From: Squalus acanthias
Taxonomy: Eukaryota
NCBI GenBank assembly: GCA_030390025.1
Contig: CM059433.1
Coordinates: forward strand, 24,244,001 to 24,308,000
Direction: 5' to 3'
DNA: 64,000 nt
In this document: positions 1 through 13,244 of the stretch, in pieces
Position numbering within the stretch: the first letter of the stretch is position 1
Layout: each line of letters starts with the position of its first letter
Notes under the pieces: generated by a model
Told to the model about the DNA's origin: nothing
The model's database searches: none
The model's input: the letters and a program-made list of their open reading frames with translations, nothing else
Program-made: the position numbers and the translations under genes

Positions 1-1215
1 ATAATACAGAAATGTTCACAGGAGCATAAATGCGTAATCTCGGAGCATCACACCTACGAAGTAGGGAATAGTGTTTGAGGTGCCTTCAAAAGGCAATTAT
101 CACCAATTTAGCAAGCTGAAGAATACTTATGTGCAGAAGTTCTGTTATAAAGCGGAACACCGATTCCATACTGGGAGGATGTTTGGGAGCAGCAATAAAA
201 CCAGGGGGGGTGGGGGGGAAATCAGTGTAATACTGTATTACTGAAACTTCTCTGCGGCGACAGACAATTAACGCACGTGATAAGCTTAACGACTAGAGTA
301 ATTTCTAGGCTTTAGTGGAAATTCAAATGAATAACTGAACAAATCCAAAAAAAAACATCACATTTTACAATAATGTTTATTTCTCCTTTCAACTAATCAA
401 ATCTACTGGGTGCATTTTTCTAAAATGGCGGGGTATGTAAAGCAAAGTATCTTTTATGGTGATTTATTTTTCTAGCAGGGATGTGGTTTTTGCAACAAAC
501 AAAAAAAAAAGAGGAATCCACTGCTAAATTGAAAGGTGGGGAATTCAATTTGAAGGCGTTAGATTCTGGTCGGCAAAGATGAAAATTACACTTTCATACT
601 GAGAACGTATGAGTGTGAAAAGAAAATGAAAAAGATAACATTTCATCATAACTTCCTTATCAGTTTTAGATTAAATTCATGCCTTTTACCTTCTCTACTA
701 ACATGCAACCGTAAGCGGAGAAGCCATTTCGTAATTTGCCGATCATAATAAAGAACAGTAACTGCTTATGCTATCTCCACAGGTAGTTATGCTCTTCACA
801 TGATAGCCCCCAAGGGCTTCAACGGAATCCCACTCTCACAGAGATTACAAAATGGAGACACAAACATCCTTTCACAAGGTTATACAATCCTGGGCGAGAC
901 TCTGGGCGCATTTGTGATCATCTGGTTATCAGGTGAATAGGGACAAGTTTCAAGAGCATCCAGTTATTTTGTCACGGAACAGCAAGAAAACAAAAAAGTA
1001 CTGAAAAAAATACCTGCGAACGTACTGGAACTTTTTCGCACAGCACTGTTAAGTACAAAAGATATTTGGAAGTTTTTGTGGAAAATTTGAAAGGTAAAAA
1101 AAGAAAACCTCAAAAAAGCAGCAAGCACTGCCACAGTATTAGCCTCAGGATTTTACCAAGTCGTCATTCCAGCACCAATTCCGTACTTGTACAGCACAAA
1201 TGTATGCAATTTTAC

Positions 1216-1293
1216 CTTCAAATCGGCTTCACCAGCATTATGAGTGTCCTGACAGAAAATACTGTATCCTCCAGCCCAAACACCTCTCAACAG
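1216..1293 (-). CDS. ELOVL5: ELOVL5 third coding exon (78 nt)
   Basis: tttatttcctcag|CTG TTG AGA GGT GTT TGG GCT GGA GGA TAC AGT ATT TTC TGT CAG GAC ACT CAT AAT GCT GGT GAA GCC GAT TTG AAG|gtaaaa = LLRGVWAGGYSIFCQDTHNAGEADLK (cf. human LVTGVWEGKYNFFCQGTRTAGESDMK); phase 0 at both ends, consistent with the preceding exon. Confidence 0.94.
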
Positions 1294-2890
1294 CTGAGGA
1301 AATAAATAGACTTATTTTGTAATTATTGGTAGTTTATCTGAAAAAATTAACAAAGAAAAGGTCGTTTTCAAACGATTATAAGGAAAAATCCTATCCACCC
1401 AACATATGCAAGAGAACCACATTAACAAGAAAAGGAAATTTGTTCCAGCAAGCTTGTCTCTTCACAGATCACAGGCAATCCAATCCGGCATGGATTCTAC
1501 CCAACTAATTTCATTTCCTGGCGAATGGTTAAAGTTTCTCCATAACATTCAAAGCAAATCTTGAAATCTTGGCGAAGCAAGGAAGTGTGGAACAGCAAGG
1601 AGCATTGTGTGTGAGTTACTGAACGCGTGACGAAGACTTTTTTGTGATTTGCTTAAAAAAACAACAAAACTACGGCCAACTACAGGAGAAAAAGAACTGA
1701 GGATGTTACCAGAGTGAGTTCTTTATCTATGGCCGAGTGGGAGAGGGGGTACCTGGGGAGGTGATGTAAAGTTCTTTATGGAGAAGCATTCCTAGGCTGT
1801 TTTCCCCTGTGAAGATGATATAAAATCTTATTTGTACATGGAAAGTGATGAATGAAGATTTGAAGCTTGTGCTAGACAACTAATCATGCCAGACAAAATC
1901 ATTTATCTTGCGTTACTTTTGATCTGGTACACAATGTCCCAGTCATGGCATTCTCCACCCTAGGGTCAGTTATTTCCCTCCTAATCCACTGTCAAATACT
2001 GTCATCCTCAAAAAACAAATGCAGACAATATGAACACACCCAGAGCTTTGCACACTGGATTAATTTAGGATTGGCGCAGCCATGCCAAGCAACATGATCC
2101 AAATGTATCCAGAAAAGGAAATGGCAATGTCACGCCAAGTTAATCTAGACAGGACGGGGTGGGGAGTGGGTTTTGGGCAGACGGATCAAGCGTTTGTGGC
2201 CCGGGCCATTTTAACTCCCGGGCCTCATTTGCATCCCTGCCAGCCGACTGCCCGCCCAAAACAGGAGTTAGGAGACAGCTGGCCGGGTTCGGGCACAGCA
2301 AAATCATGGGGCCCAGAGGTCGGCCGCCGGCCCCAAGGTAAGTTGCAGGATGTGGGGGGAGATCGGGGCCGTTTCATCCGTGAGGGGACCGGGGGCCAGC
2401 CGAGGCACAGACTTTCCATGTGGGGCTACGAGGAGCACTTCTGCTCCTCTTGGCCGCACTAAGGAACATTTTTGACTTATCTTAGAGAGCCTTCTCTTCT
2501 TCCCCTCCCGGTTTGACAGAGCAACACTTGCACTTAAAGAAACCTTCAGTGTAAAAACATCCCAAGGGGCTTCACAAATGAAAATACACAGGAAACGGGA
2601 CAATAAGCCATGGAGGAACCGATTAGGAGGGGTAAAAAGCTTGGTTGAAAAGATGGCTTCGGGTTAAAGTTTCAAGCTCAGCTCAGGGTCAAACAGGGGT
2701 TGAAGGTCGAGTATCATCGGGTTCAGTCTGAGCCAGTGTCTGTGAGGGAGATGGAATCAGCGGCAAGGGAGTGGAATTTATAGTGGGGGCTGATGGCTTC
2801 AGTCTTCATGAAGTTAAGTTGGAAGAAGCTGCGATCATCCATGACTTGATGTTGGACAGGCATTCTTACAGCACTGAGGGGGTCTTGGGG

Positions 2891-3245
2891 TCATAGAATC
2901 ATACAGCACAGAAGGAGGTCATTTGTCCCATCATGCCTGTGCTGCCTCTCTGAAAAAGCTATCCAATTAATCCCATTCCCCTGCTCTTTCCCCATAGCCA
3001 TGCAAATTTTTCCTTTTTACATAGAGATCCAATTCCCTTTTGAAAGTTACTATTGAATCTGCTTCTACCACCCTTTCAGGCAGTGCATTCCAGATCATAA
3101 CAACTCGGTGCGTAAAAAATATTCTTCTCATCTCCCCCTGGCTTTTTTGCCAATTACTTTAAATCTGTGTCTCCCAATCTACTCTATCAAAACCACTCGT
3201 AAGTTTGAACACCTCTATTAAATCTCCCCATAACCTTCTCTGCAC
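2891..3245 (-). mobile_element. CR1-clade LINE 3' fragment
   Basis: Shares the catagaatcatacagcacagaaggagg tail and ORF2 C-terminal sequence with the copies at 13245 and 46459-47073. Confidence 0.8.
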
Positions 3246-3246
3246 T

Positions 3247-4970
3247 CGCCTGGTTCCATTCTTATCTATCTAATCGTAGCCAGAGAATCACCTGCAATGG
3301 CTTCTCTTCCTTCTCCCGCATCGTTACCTCTGGTGTTCCCCAAGGACCTATTCTTGGCCCCCTCCTATTTCTCACCTACATGCTGCCCCTCAGCGACATC
3401 ATCCAAAAACACAGCGTCAGTTTCCACAGTTATGCTGACAACACCCAGCTCTACCTCACCACCACTTCTCTCGACCCCTCCACTGTCTCTAAATTGTCAG
3501 ACTGCTTGTCCGACATCCTGTACAGGATGAGCAGAAAATTCCTCCAACTAAATATTGGGAAGACCGAAGCCATTGTCTTCGGTCCCCGCCACAAACTCCG
3601 TTCCCTAGCCACTGACTCCATCCCTCTCCCTAGCATCTGTCTGAGGCTGAACCACACTGTTTGCAACCTTGGTGTCATATTTGACCCTGAAATGAGATTC
3701 CGACCACATATCCGCGCCATAACTAAGACCGTCTATTTCCACCTCCGTAACATCGCCAGACTCCGCCCCTGCCTCAGCCCATCTCTTGCTGAAACCGTTC
3801 TTCTTCTTCTTCTTTCATATGGTAGTAGCAAAGCAAATCAAATGTCAATATCTAAGTCAGATATCCAGGCCAAAGCTTCCGGTGTAACAGTGTGGATATC
3901 TCGTAGGCTGCCTGTGAATTTCCTCTGAGGGCAGTGCTCAATGATGTGCTCCAGAGTCTGATCAGGAGCTCCACAGTCGCATGATGGGGATGCTTTAATC
4001 TTCCATCTATGGAGAAGGTGGCAGCATCCACCATGACCGATTCTGAGGTGGCTGATGATTGTCCACTGTTTGCGAGGAAGGTTTGATCCTTCAGGTTGTA
4101 CAGTGGGGTCCTCTGTAAGGAATCCATTCCGTATGTCACAGTTCTTCCAAGCATTTCGCCATCGGTCATCAAGGCTGAGGGGAGATCACTGAAGGGCTTT
4201 GGCGACTGTCCAACATGACCTTCTAGATTTGAGACGGGTTGGTGGTAGGTTGTTCAAGTCATCCTGGATCGGCATGTCTTTGGTGGTGTAGCGGTTGTAT
4301 TCTCTGGAGACTGCATATTCGTGGTGTAGGTGCGGTGGTGCGATGTTTGCAAGCACGGGCAGCCAAGGTGTTGGTTGTCGTTAAATCCTCATCTATGCCT
4401 TTGTTACCTCTAGACTTGACTATTCCAACACACTCCTGGCTGGCCTCCCATGTTCTAATCTACGTAAACTTGAGGTCATCCAAAACTCAGCTGCCCGTGT
4501 CCTAACTCGCACCAAGTCCATGTCACCCATCACCCCTGTGCTCGCTGACCTACATTGGCTCCCGGTTAAGCAACGCCTCGATTTTAAAATTCTCATCCTT
4601 GTTTTCAAATCCCTCCATGGCCTCGCCTCTCCCTATCTCTGTAATCTCCTCCAGCCCCACAACCCCCGAGATATCTGCGCTCCTCTAATTCTGGCCTCTT
4701 GAGCATCCCCGATTTTATTGGTGGCCGTGCTTTCAGCTGCCAAGGCCCTAAGCTCTGGAATTCCCTCCTTAAACCTCTCCGCCTCTCTACCTCTCTTTCC
4801 TCCTTTAAGACGCTCCTTAAAACCTATCTCTTTGACCAAGCTTTTGTTGATGTGCCGTAATTTCTCCTTATGTGGATCGGTGTCAAATTTTGTTTTATAA
4901 CGCTCCTGTGAAGCGCCTTGGGACATTTTACTACATTAAAAGCACTATATAAATACAAGTTGTTGTTGTT
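3247..4970 (+). mobile_element. L2-clade LINE 3' portion, split by an insertion at about 3797-4383
   Basis: RT motif [15 protein letters not shown], then LQLNIGKTE and PITPVLADLHWLPVKQRLDFKIL; ends in ...ctatataaatacaag(ttg)n. Confidence 0.88.
3797..4383 (-). mobile_element. RTEX-like non-LTR retrotransposon 3' end, nested in L2
   Basis: Minus-strand reading [56 protein letters not shown]...[12 protein letters not shown] (C-terminal CCHC finger), followed by a ccatatgaaag(aga)n tail. Confidence 0.7.
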
Positions 4971-5200
4971 AGGATAACCGTCCCAGCTTCTCTAGTGTCT
5001 CCTGATAACTGAAACACCTCATCCCTCGAGAGGTACAGCTGGATGTGCTCGGTGTACATGTGGAGGCAGATGATGTCGGCAAAGGGTAACATTTGGATGA
5101 TGAAGAAAAGGGGACCACGGGTAAAATCTTTAGGATCTCCGGAGATGAGAGTGCGGGGGAAGTGCCGGGCGGCAGTGGGGTGGGAAGACAAGCCGTCACT

Positions 5201-6570
5201 GGAGAATGGTTACAGCACAGAAGGCGGCCATTCGGCCTGTCGAGCCCGTGCCGGCTCTCTACAACAATACTTCAGCTAGTCCCACTTCAGCTATTCGCAC
5301 TTCCCGCCCTTTCCCTGTCGCCCTGCAAATTTTTCCCCCTCAGGTATTTATCCAACTCCCTTTTGAAAGCCACGATTGAGTCTGCCTCCACCACCCTCTC
5401 AGGCAGTGCATTCCAGATCATAACCACTCGCTGCGTAAACAAGTTTTTCCTCTTGTCACCTTTGGTTCTTTTGTTAATCATCTTGAATCTGTGTCCGCTG
5501 GTTCTCGACCCTTTCGCCAATGGGAACAGTTTCTCTCTATCTACTCTGTCTCGACCCCTCATGATTTTGAATACCTCTATCAAATCTCCTCTCAACCTTC
5601 TCTGCTCTAAGGAGAACAACCCCAGCTTCTCTAGTCTATCCATGTAACTGAAGTCCCTCATCCCTGGAACCATTCTTGTAAATCTTTTCTGCACCCTCTC
5701 TAAGGCCTTCACATCCTTCCTAAAGTGCGGTGCCCAGAATTGGACACAATACTCCGGTTGAGGCCGAACCAGTGTTTTATACGAACATACGAATTAGGAG
5801 CAGGAGTAGGCCACTCGGCCCTTCGAGCCTGCTCTGCCATTCATGGCTGAGCCGATTACTCCACATTCCCGCCTACCCCTGATAACTTTTCACCCCCTTG
5901 CTTACCAAGAATCTATCTACCTCTGCCTTAAAAATATTCAAAGACTCTGCTTCCACCGCCCTCTGAGGAAGAGAGTTCCAAAGACTCACGACCCTCTGTG
6001 TGAAAAAATTTCTCCTCATCTCTGTCTTAAATGGGCGACCCCTTATTTTTAAACAGTGACCCCTAGTTCTAGATTCTCCCACAAGAGGAAACATCCTCTC
6101 CACATCCACCCTGTCCAGACCCCTCAGGATCTTATATGTTTCAATCAAGTCACCTCTTACTCTTCTAAACTCCAGCGGATACAAGCCTAGCCTGTCCAAC
6201 CTTTCCTCATAAGACAACCCGCCCATTCCAGGTATTAGTCTAGTAAACCTTCTCTGAACTGCTTCCAATGCATTTACATCCTTCCTTAAATAAGGAGACC
6301 AATACTGTACACAGTACTCCAGATGTGGTCTCACCAATGCCCTGTATAACTGAAGCATAACCTCCCTACTTTTGTATTCAATTCCCCTCGCAATAAACGA
6401 TAACATTCTATTAGCTTTCCTAATTACTTGCTTTACCTGCAGAGTAACCTTTTGTGACTCATGCAGTAGGACACCTAGATCCCTCTGCATCTCATAATTA
6501 TAAAGGTTCATCATAACGTCCTTGCTTTTGTACTCTATGCCTCTATTGATGAAGCCCAGGATCCCGTATG
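5201..6570 (-). mobile_element. CR1 LINE fragment (5201-5780 and 6497-6570) interrupted by a second CR1
   Basis: ORF 5287-5712 (LERVQKRFTRMVPGMRDFSY...). The sequence breaks at ccagtgttttat and resumes at ttataaaggttcatcataac. Confidence 0.85.
5781..6494 (-). mobile_element. Young CR1 LINE 3' fragment nested in another CR1
   Basis: ORF 5873-6577 LYRALVRPHLEYCVQYWSPYLRKD...; translation almost identical to the copy at 34138-35562. Confidence 0.9.
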
Positions 6571-8204
6571 GCTGCATGGCTGTGGATGGAAAATAGGATG
6601 GAACCGCACAAGGGCAGCCTCAGAGAGTTGGACAAAGGAGGTGAGGCGATGGCATGGTCCACCGTATGAAAGGCTGCAGAGAGGTGGAGGTGGACAAGGA
6701 GGGATGGCACACCATGGTCACAGTAACAGAGCATGCAATTGGTGACTTTGGACTTTGTGACGGTGGTGATGTAAACAGTGCATAAACTGGACTGGAGAGA
6801 TTGAAACAGGGAGCTTTGAGAGAGATGGGCACAGAGCTAGGAGGCAACAAAACATTCAAGAAACAAGAACCTTAGCAAGTATATGTAAGGGGTCATTCTA
6901 CAATTTGGCACTTCCAACGGTGAGAGGCATGTCAGTAGATTTTATATTTCTAGTTATGGGCAGAATGAGTAGAAAGTCACCATCCCTCCACCGCCCTTCA
7001 TGGCAGAGGGTAAGTAGTGATAAGATTTGCACAATGACACTGCACAAGCACAGAACAACATTCACAGCTGTGCATTGGATTCTTTTTTTAAAAAAGAATC
7101 TGACCTAATCCAAATTGTCCTATTCCAGTCACCTTGGGGTTAGATTTTGGTTCCACCCAATCCCCCCACCACTTCATTTTATTTCATATTTAAATTTGAG
7201 AATTCATAAATATGTTTTACAAATGAGTCTACCGTTTGTTTTAATGTCTTGCCATGATTTACATTATTGGTAATTTTTTTAATTATTGTGACAACACACT
7301 CATGTCAGGAGAAATTTGCCCTCACTTTACCTCCAACTCTGTGCAGAATTTACCAAAGTTCAAAAGAGATTTCCACTAATACTGGCCATAGGTGCAAATA
7401 AAGCCAAGGAATTTCAAAATCTCTACTGTACAAATCTACTTTTACGTAAGCCATGTTAATTAAACAAATCCATTTTTGGTAATGATCAACTATTAAATAA
7501 TAAAGTATCATCACCTAGACAGTACTCAAACACAAAAATCATTACGTTCCCAGACAAGATTAGATTAACCAATCATCTTTCATGTGTCTGCCCACCGTAG
7601 ATTGCAAGTTGAAATTGCTCATGTCTGTTTCACAATACATTAATCTGAATGACATCAATTTAAGGTCATTCAAATGTTCAAATACGATTTAGAACATTTT
7701 GACATTCCCTTGATGATGCAAATTTGAAAAAAGTTGTCTGCGAGAAGAAGGTGGTGCTGAACTGCTACTCTTTGCCGCCTAGAAATTGGATCGCGCATTC
7801 TGTACGCGCCTAAAAAGGCCGCTGGCACCACGGGAAATTGGTCCGCCGGCCTCATTTCTTTATTGCTGGCGAGGTCCCAAAGTGAATCTATCTGCCTGTC
7901 TTCTTCGGGCTGTCCCTGGAATCCCTGCAGGCACTCCAGTCCGCGGGGGTCCTGGCACAAGCCCCAAACCCTGTTTTTTTGGGCATCCATGTTTGCGGAT
8001 GCCCAAATATCGAATGATCAGGAAACAGAGACGATTGGTAGAGAGAGCAAATGGGTCAGCATTTAACCAGCACTTGGCTGCCAGGGTGCTCTTCAGTGCA
8101 GAATCGTTAGGGTGACTCAGGTCTGTCATGATTACTGAGTGTGCTTACAGGTCATTCACTGGAGTGTCTAGTCAATATGAAGCTGGATCATCAAGGCTAA
8201 CCAT

Positions 8205-9209
8205 CAGAGACCTTTAAAATTGTGTTTTTTTACTGATTTTCACCAATAAATTCCCAGATTGTTTCAGATTGGTGGATTAGTAAAAATCGATTTTTACCCG
8301 ATTTTGACTTTTCATAAGCACCCTGGTCCTAGTGGATCCCAAGAAGCATACACGCTGGTGACATCATCAAGTGATGCATGCGATGACATCACTGGTGCGA
8401 TGCACGCGGTGACATCACTGGTGCGATGCGCGCGGTGACATCACTGGTGCGATGCACGCGGTGAAATCACTGGTGCGATGCGTGCGGTGACATCACTGGT
8501 GCGATGCACGCGATGACATCACTGGTGCGATGCACGCGGTGACATCACTGGTGCGATGCGCGCGGTGACATCACTGGTGCGATGCGCGCGGTGACATCAC
8601 TGGTGCGATGCACGCGGTGACATCACTGGTGCGATGCACGCGGTGAAATCACTGGTGCGATGCGCGCGGTGACATCACTGGTGCGATGCGCGCGGTGACA
8701 TCACTGGTGCGATGCGCGCGGTGACATCACTGGTGCAATGCGTGCCCATCCCGGGACTGTCTTTCAGTGCCGAATTCTGGAGGTGAATGCACCTTAGGTA
8801 AGTTCACTTGCTGACACTGCTGGTCATATTGCTTCAAGGGATTGACTAGTCAGGACAGAATGGGCCAAAATGCAAAACTTATTTATGCCCTGAATTTTTG
8901 CCTAATTGTAAATTTTAAGTTGAGCATTGTTGTGGCCCATAGAAGCAGTGTCTGTGAACCGTGTAAATAATTGTGGATTACATTTAGCTTAATGGTGCCT
9001 TGTTATTTCCTTGCTTGCTTTCTTTAGCTTTAGTGATGCTCAAAATAAAAGTGGATTTTCACTGATTTTCTCTGAATTTACCGTTTTCTTTGGGCTCTTT
9101 TTCATTCCCCTGATTTTCTCCTGGTGTTTGATGCTAAAAATAAATACTGAAAAACACCGAAAAAACCCGGGTTTTAAATCGTCAATAAAAACTGATTTTA
9201 AAAGTCCTT
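8205..9209. mobile_element. Putative degenerate non-autonomous DNA transposon (hAT-like) enclosing a minisatellite
   Basis: Imperfect terminal inverted repeats cagagacctttaaaat / attttaaaagtcctta; flanking 8-mers ctaaccat and ttaatcag match at only 5 of 8 positions. Confidence 0.4.
8358..8745. repeat. 26-bp CpG-rich minisatellite, about 15 copies
   Basis: Unit GTGACATCACTGGTGCGATGCRCGCG, period 26 (e.g. 8409 and 8435). Confidence 0.95.
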
Positions 9210-9451
9210 ATTAATCAGGTACTGAAATGCATCTCAAGGGGGCATTTGATTGTTTGAATCAAATCATTTTTCCATTCACTGTGAGACCACCTGTAGACAT
9301 TTAGGAAACCCTCCCTTCAAAAGGAAATTAATGTGCGGAAGAGTTGGAAGGTTAGCTAGATATCTTGGGAGCGTTTCTTGATTACTTTGCTGGGGGAGGG
9401 GCGAGGAAAAACTTTGAAGAACCTTCTGTGAGGAGATTAAATAAATCCATA

Positions 9452-9687
9452 ATAAAAACAGAAAATGCTGGAAATGCTCAGCAGGTCAGGCAGCATCTGT
9501 GGAGAGAGAGAGAAGAGTTAACATTTCAGGCCGATGACCATTCGTCAGCATTGTTCTGATGCAAGGTCATCGACCTGAAACGTTAACTCTGTTTCTCTCT
9601 CCACAGATGCTGCCTGACCTGCTGAGCATTTCCAGCATTTTCGGTTTTTATTTCCGATTTTCAGCATCCGCAGTATTTTGCTTTTGT
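9452..9687. mobile_element. Short Penelope-like terminal (pLTR) hairpin insertion
   Basis: About 95-nt inverted arms of the sequence that ends the GIY-YIG element at 33611-33711; flanking duplication ttaaataaatcc(a/g)ta at 9437 and 9688. Confidence 0.8.
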
Positions 9688-9719
9688 TTAAATAAATCCG
9701 TATTAGGTTAAAATTGTAT

Positions 9720-10142
9720 CGTCTTGGTTGAGTCAAAAGACTGTGGGTTCAAGCCCCAATCCAGAATTTGAGCACAATCTAGACTAACTCTGCAGTGTAA
9801 AGTACCAAGCTGCATCGTCAGAATGAGAAGTGAAACTATAGCCTCAACTACCTGCTCTGGTAGATGTTAAAATTCCTATGGCACTACTCAAAACAGAACC
9901 GGTTGTGTTCCTGGTGTCCTGACTAACATTCTTTCTTAATCCAACACCACCAAAAAACCATCAGCTGGTCATTCAGTTCATTGTTGTTTGTGGGATCTTG
10001 TTGCATGCAAAATGGCTACCACATCTGCCTACAAAATAACAGTCAACGCTCCCTTCAAAGTGATTCAATGCATGCGAAGCGCTTTGAGATATTTTTGAGA
10101 GACATGAAAAGCCACTATATAAATGCAAGGGTTTTTTTTTTT
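9720..10142 (+). mobile_element. Degenerate DeuSINE (SacSINE1-like)
   Basis: Colinear with the copy at 53871-54340: gtgggttcaagcc head, ggtgtcctg, tgtttgtgggatcttg, gcgctttgag...ctatataaatgcaag tail. Confidence 0.7.
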
Positions 10143-10348
10143 AGTACACAGTCTGCAAAGACAGGCTTGGTGGAAACAACCTTTTCTTGTATTCTCTCTC
10201 TGTACACTAAGTTCAATCATTTCTTCAGCAGCTTAATAGAGAGTATATATTGATGCAACAATGAAATTAAAATTAATAAATATAGGTTTTTAAAATGGCA
10301 GTGCTCAGGTATTGCATTGCAGGTGTTCAGTACTCTTTTAGCCAAATG

Positions 10349-10685
10349 TTTTTTTTAAATTCATTCGCGGGATATAGACATCGCTGGCCAGGCCAGCATT
10401 TATTGCCCATCCCTAATTGCCCTTGAGAAGGTGGTGGTGAGCCTCCTTCTTGAACCGCTGCAGTCCGTGAGATGAAGGTACTCCCACAGTGCTGTTAGGG
10501 AGGGAGGGACCCAGCAACGATGAAGGAACGGCGATATATTTCCAAGTCAGGATGGTGTGTGACTTGGAGGGGATCTTGCAGGTAGTGGTGTTCCCACGTG
10601 CCTGCTGCCCTTGTCCTTCTAAGTGGTAGAGGTCGCGGGTTAGGGAGGTGCTGTCGAAGAAGTCTTGGCGAGGTGCTGCAGTGTA
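10349..10685 (-). mobile_element. Non-LTR LINE 3' end (CR1 group, lineage distinct from the other CR1s here)
   Basis: A-rich tail on the minus strand and a C-terminal reading SLPNSTVG...GLQRFKKEAHHHLL; I recognise it as a common shark repeat. Confidence 0.6.
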
Positions 10686-11114
10686 GTATAAACGCATACA
10701 CGCATACACAGACACAGACTGATGGATCAGACTGGATGAGGCGGGGAACTAAAAATTCTTTGCATCTACACAAAGAATTAAAGCAAAATTAATCTGGAAA
10801 TTGTTTACTTGACACGTTGAAGTAGGACAACAAGGAAATGGCTCAGTGTAAACATTACTAGTTCTCTGTACACTTCTCTGTATAATATGACTATAATTAT
10901 AATCAGGACACGATTAAAGCACAATTACATTTCACATCTATATAATATACATAAGCACAGAGAAATGCTGTATAATAAGATTATATATACTTTAGGTGAT
11001 TGCATTTTTTCAATTTCCTCTCCTTACTGCTTCATTCCTGAAGGCAGTAACACACACCAGCACATTACTAATACCTTGTTTGGGTGGTCATTCTTCATAG
11101 GAGACCCTGAACAC

Positions 11115-11345
11115 TGAGTACCAATGGGCAAATCTACCAGAGGGGCATCACAGCTGGGCTAATCTTGAACTTATCTGATGCCCACATTTGCACTTTCCAG
11201 CTGGGTTACTGGATAGTGACGAGGAATGAGAATCCTAGCTGATTTTTGTTTCTCTCACTGGCTCAGAGACCCAGCACAAAGCAGGGATTGAACCCGGGTC
11301 CTCCTGGCCCATATGGCTCAGCACCAAGCCAATTGGCGCATTTGC
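11115..11345 (-). mobile_element. Degenerate tRNA-headed SINE-like repeat (related pieces near 21255-21480 and 48260-48530)
   Basis: B-box-like gggttcaatccc on the minus strand; shared blocks (catcacagctg, gcactttcca, ctagct..ttt, ggctcag) across the three sites. Confidence 0.4.
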
Positions 11346-11484
11346 CTCCAAACTGTTCTTACTGAGCACAAACTGTAATGAGAAACTGCTAGACTACAAG
11401 GTAGAGAGAGAGCAATACATAACAAAACTGTGGAAAAAAATTCATTCATTCATTAAAACTGACAAAAATATTCATACTTCTCAC

Positions 11485-11672
11485 CTCACAAAACATGTAT
11501 AAGGAAAGGAGAGTTAATCCAATGTTATAGACCACTAGTACTCCCCTAGAAGATAAAGGTGCCTTGTTCTGCATGTACTTTGGTCCAGCCCAGACCACAA
11601 AGAGGTACAGGAGACTAAGTATAAAAGTAGGGGGATACTTATCTAGAAGGAAAAAACCCTCAACTCTGGGAT
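11485..11672 (-). CDS. ELOVL5: ELOVL5 second coding exon (188 nt)
   Basis: tattccag|AT CCC AGA GTT...TGT GAG|gtgaga; translates (D)PRVEGFFLLDKYPPTFILSLLYLFVVWAGPKYMQNKAPLSSRGVLVVYNIGLTLLSLYMFCE, close to human ELOVL5 DTRVKGWFLLDNYIPTFICSVIYLLIVWLGPKYMRNKQPFSCRGILVVYNLGLTLLSLYMFCE (from memory). Confidence 0.96.
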
Positions 11673-13244
11673 CTGGAATAAGAGAAAAATGAATGTGAGA
11701 ACAGCTCTTCAAGAACAAAAATGCTTTCAATCTGCAACTATATATAGTAAATAATAAATGAGTATTCCAGAAATAGTGCTTAACCTCTAGTCAGTTTTGA
11801 GATGATGCATGATACAGTATAAATCAGGCAGGTTTCATGACATGTAGAAAATAAGTTATGACACATCATTATCCTGCCCAAGAATTGTGAAACCATGTGG
11901 AAAAATGTACAAACCAAATTAATAAAAATGTTTTACTCCAAAATAAATGCTGATTGCATTACAAAAAATGGCACACTGTGAATGAAAGCATCTCGAATGA
12001 AATTACATTTTTGAAATCACTTTTTGTATTATACTCTTAATGGACTGAAAAATAGTCATTATCTAAGCTACAAACTGAATAAACCTTAATTCCCCAGCAT
12101 TAAGCAAATTGTTTCGGTTCAATGCACTGCAAAGCACAGCTAGGCAACAAGTTGTTCACATGCACCGCACAGCCAGCTGAAGAGGAAGCTTTCAGATAGG
12201 GAGAGAATGCCACATTGATAAGACTATCTCAAATAAGTGAGGAAGTGAAGAAACGATTAGGCAACATTTTCTGATAAACTGTCTTCAATCACCCAAAAGA
12301 TTCCAACATAAACTATGCACTTTAGTGGCAAGACTGGATGAAGCCATTCAGATTATCAGATTGGGAACAATCTGTCTTTTTCTCCCTATGAGTGGGTCAT
12401 TTTCTAATTCTTGCACATCACATTGCATTTTATGGTCAAAGAGAAGGTTTAAATAATTGTTAAGGTTGCAAAGTGAGCCCTCATTTCAAATCGGTGGCGA
12501 AGATACCTTACTGGATGCGGCGGAAAAAGTACAATGCTTTCTCTACACAGTCAGGCTTCTGCAGTTACCACCCAGTCCTAATGAGGGAAACTGGACTGCA
12601 ATTTAAGTCTTTAACTGCTATTAAGATGCTTAAATAATTGGACCACAATAAAATGTCACTAACAATCCTAGCCTATGCAATTTTTGAAACATACAAAATG
12701 TGTCCAATAAAATAGAATGAGTGAATAGAGGATAAGGAGGGAGTAAAATGTAAAAAAGCCATTATTTGGAAGAATGAGAGTTACTGCCAAGTAATCTTTT
12801 CTTACCTTATTCCCTCTTTGCACGTACACTCGTAGGATTGTATATTAATGTCCTAAGCACCTGGTTATGTGCCTCTACCCTTCCTCCCCATTTTATTACA
12901 ACTTAATGGTAATTCCTTTTTTATAGTCAGTTGCCTTTTGTCACTTCAATAATGTTGGATTTATCAGTTGTGCCCTACTTTAAAAAAGCCCACGGCCATG
13001 GTGCGCCATTGGCCTGTGTATTATAAGACTCAGTAGAGGGTATGCACGCTTAAAACTATTCAGAGACTGTGACAGCAGGGCCGGAAACCATACTATATAA
13101 CACCAGAGAAATAGGCAATTAAATTACCAGTATGAGTCCAAAAGTGACACCCTAACATTTTTGACTCATGTAAATGACACAGCCAGCAGAAGCATGCTCA
13201 AGTATAAAGAGTTGTGAGCATCGGTGCAATTCCAGCATTTGAAA

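Noticed and set aside
11446..11730. ORF-track 94-aa protein as a complete gene
   Set aside because: Only 11485-11672 is exon; the flanking residues are intron read-through past AG/GT sites.
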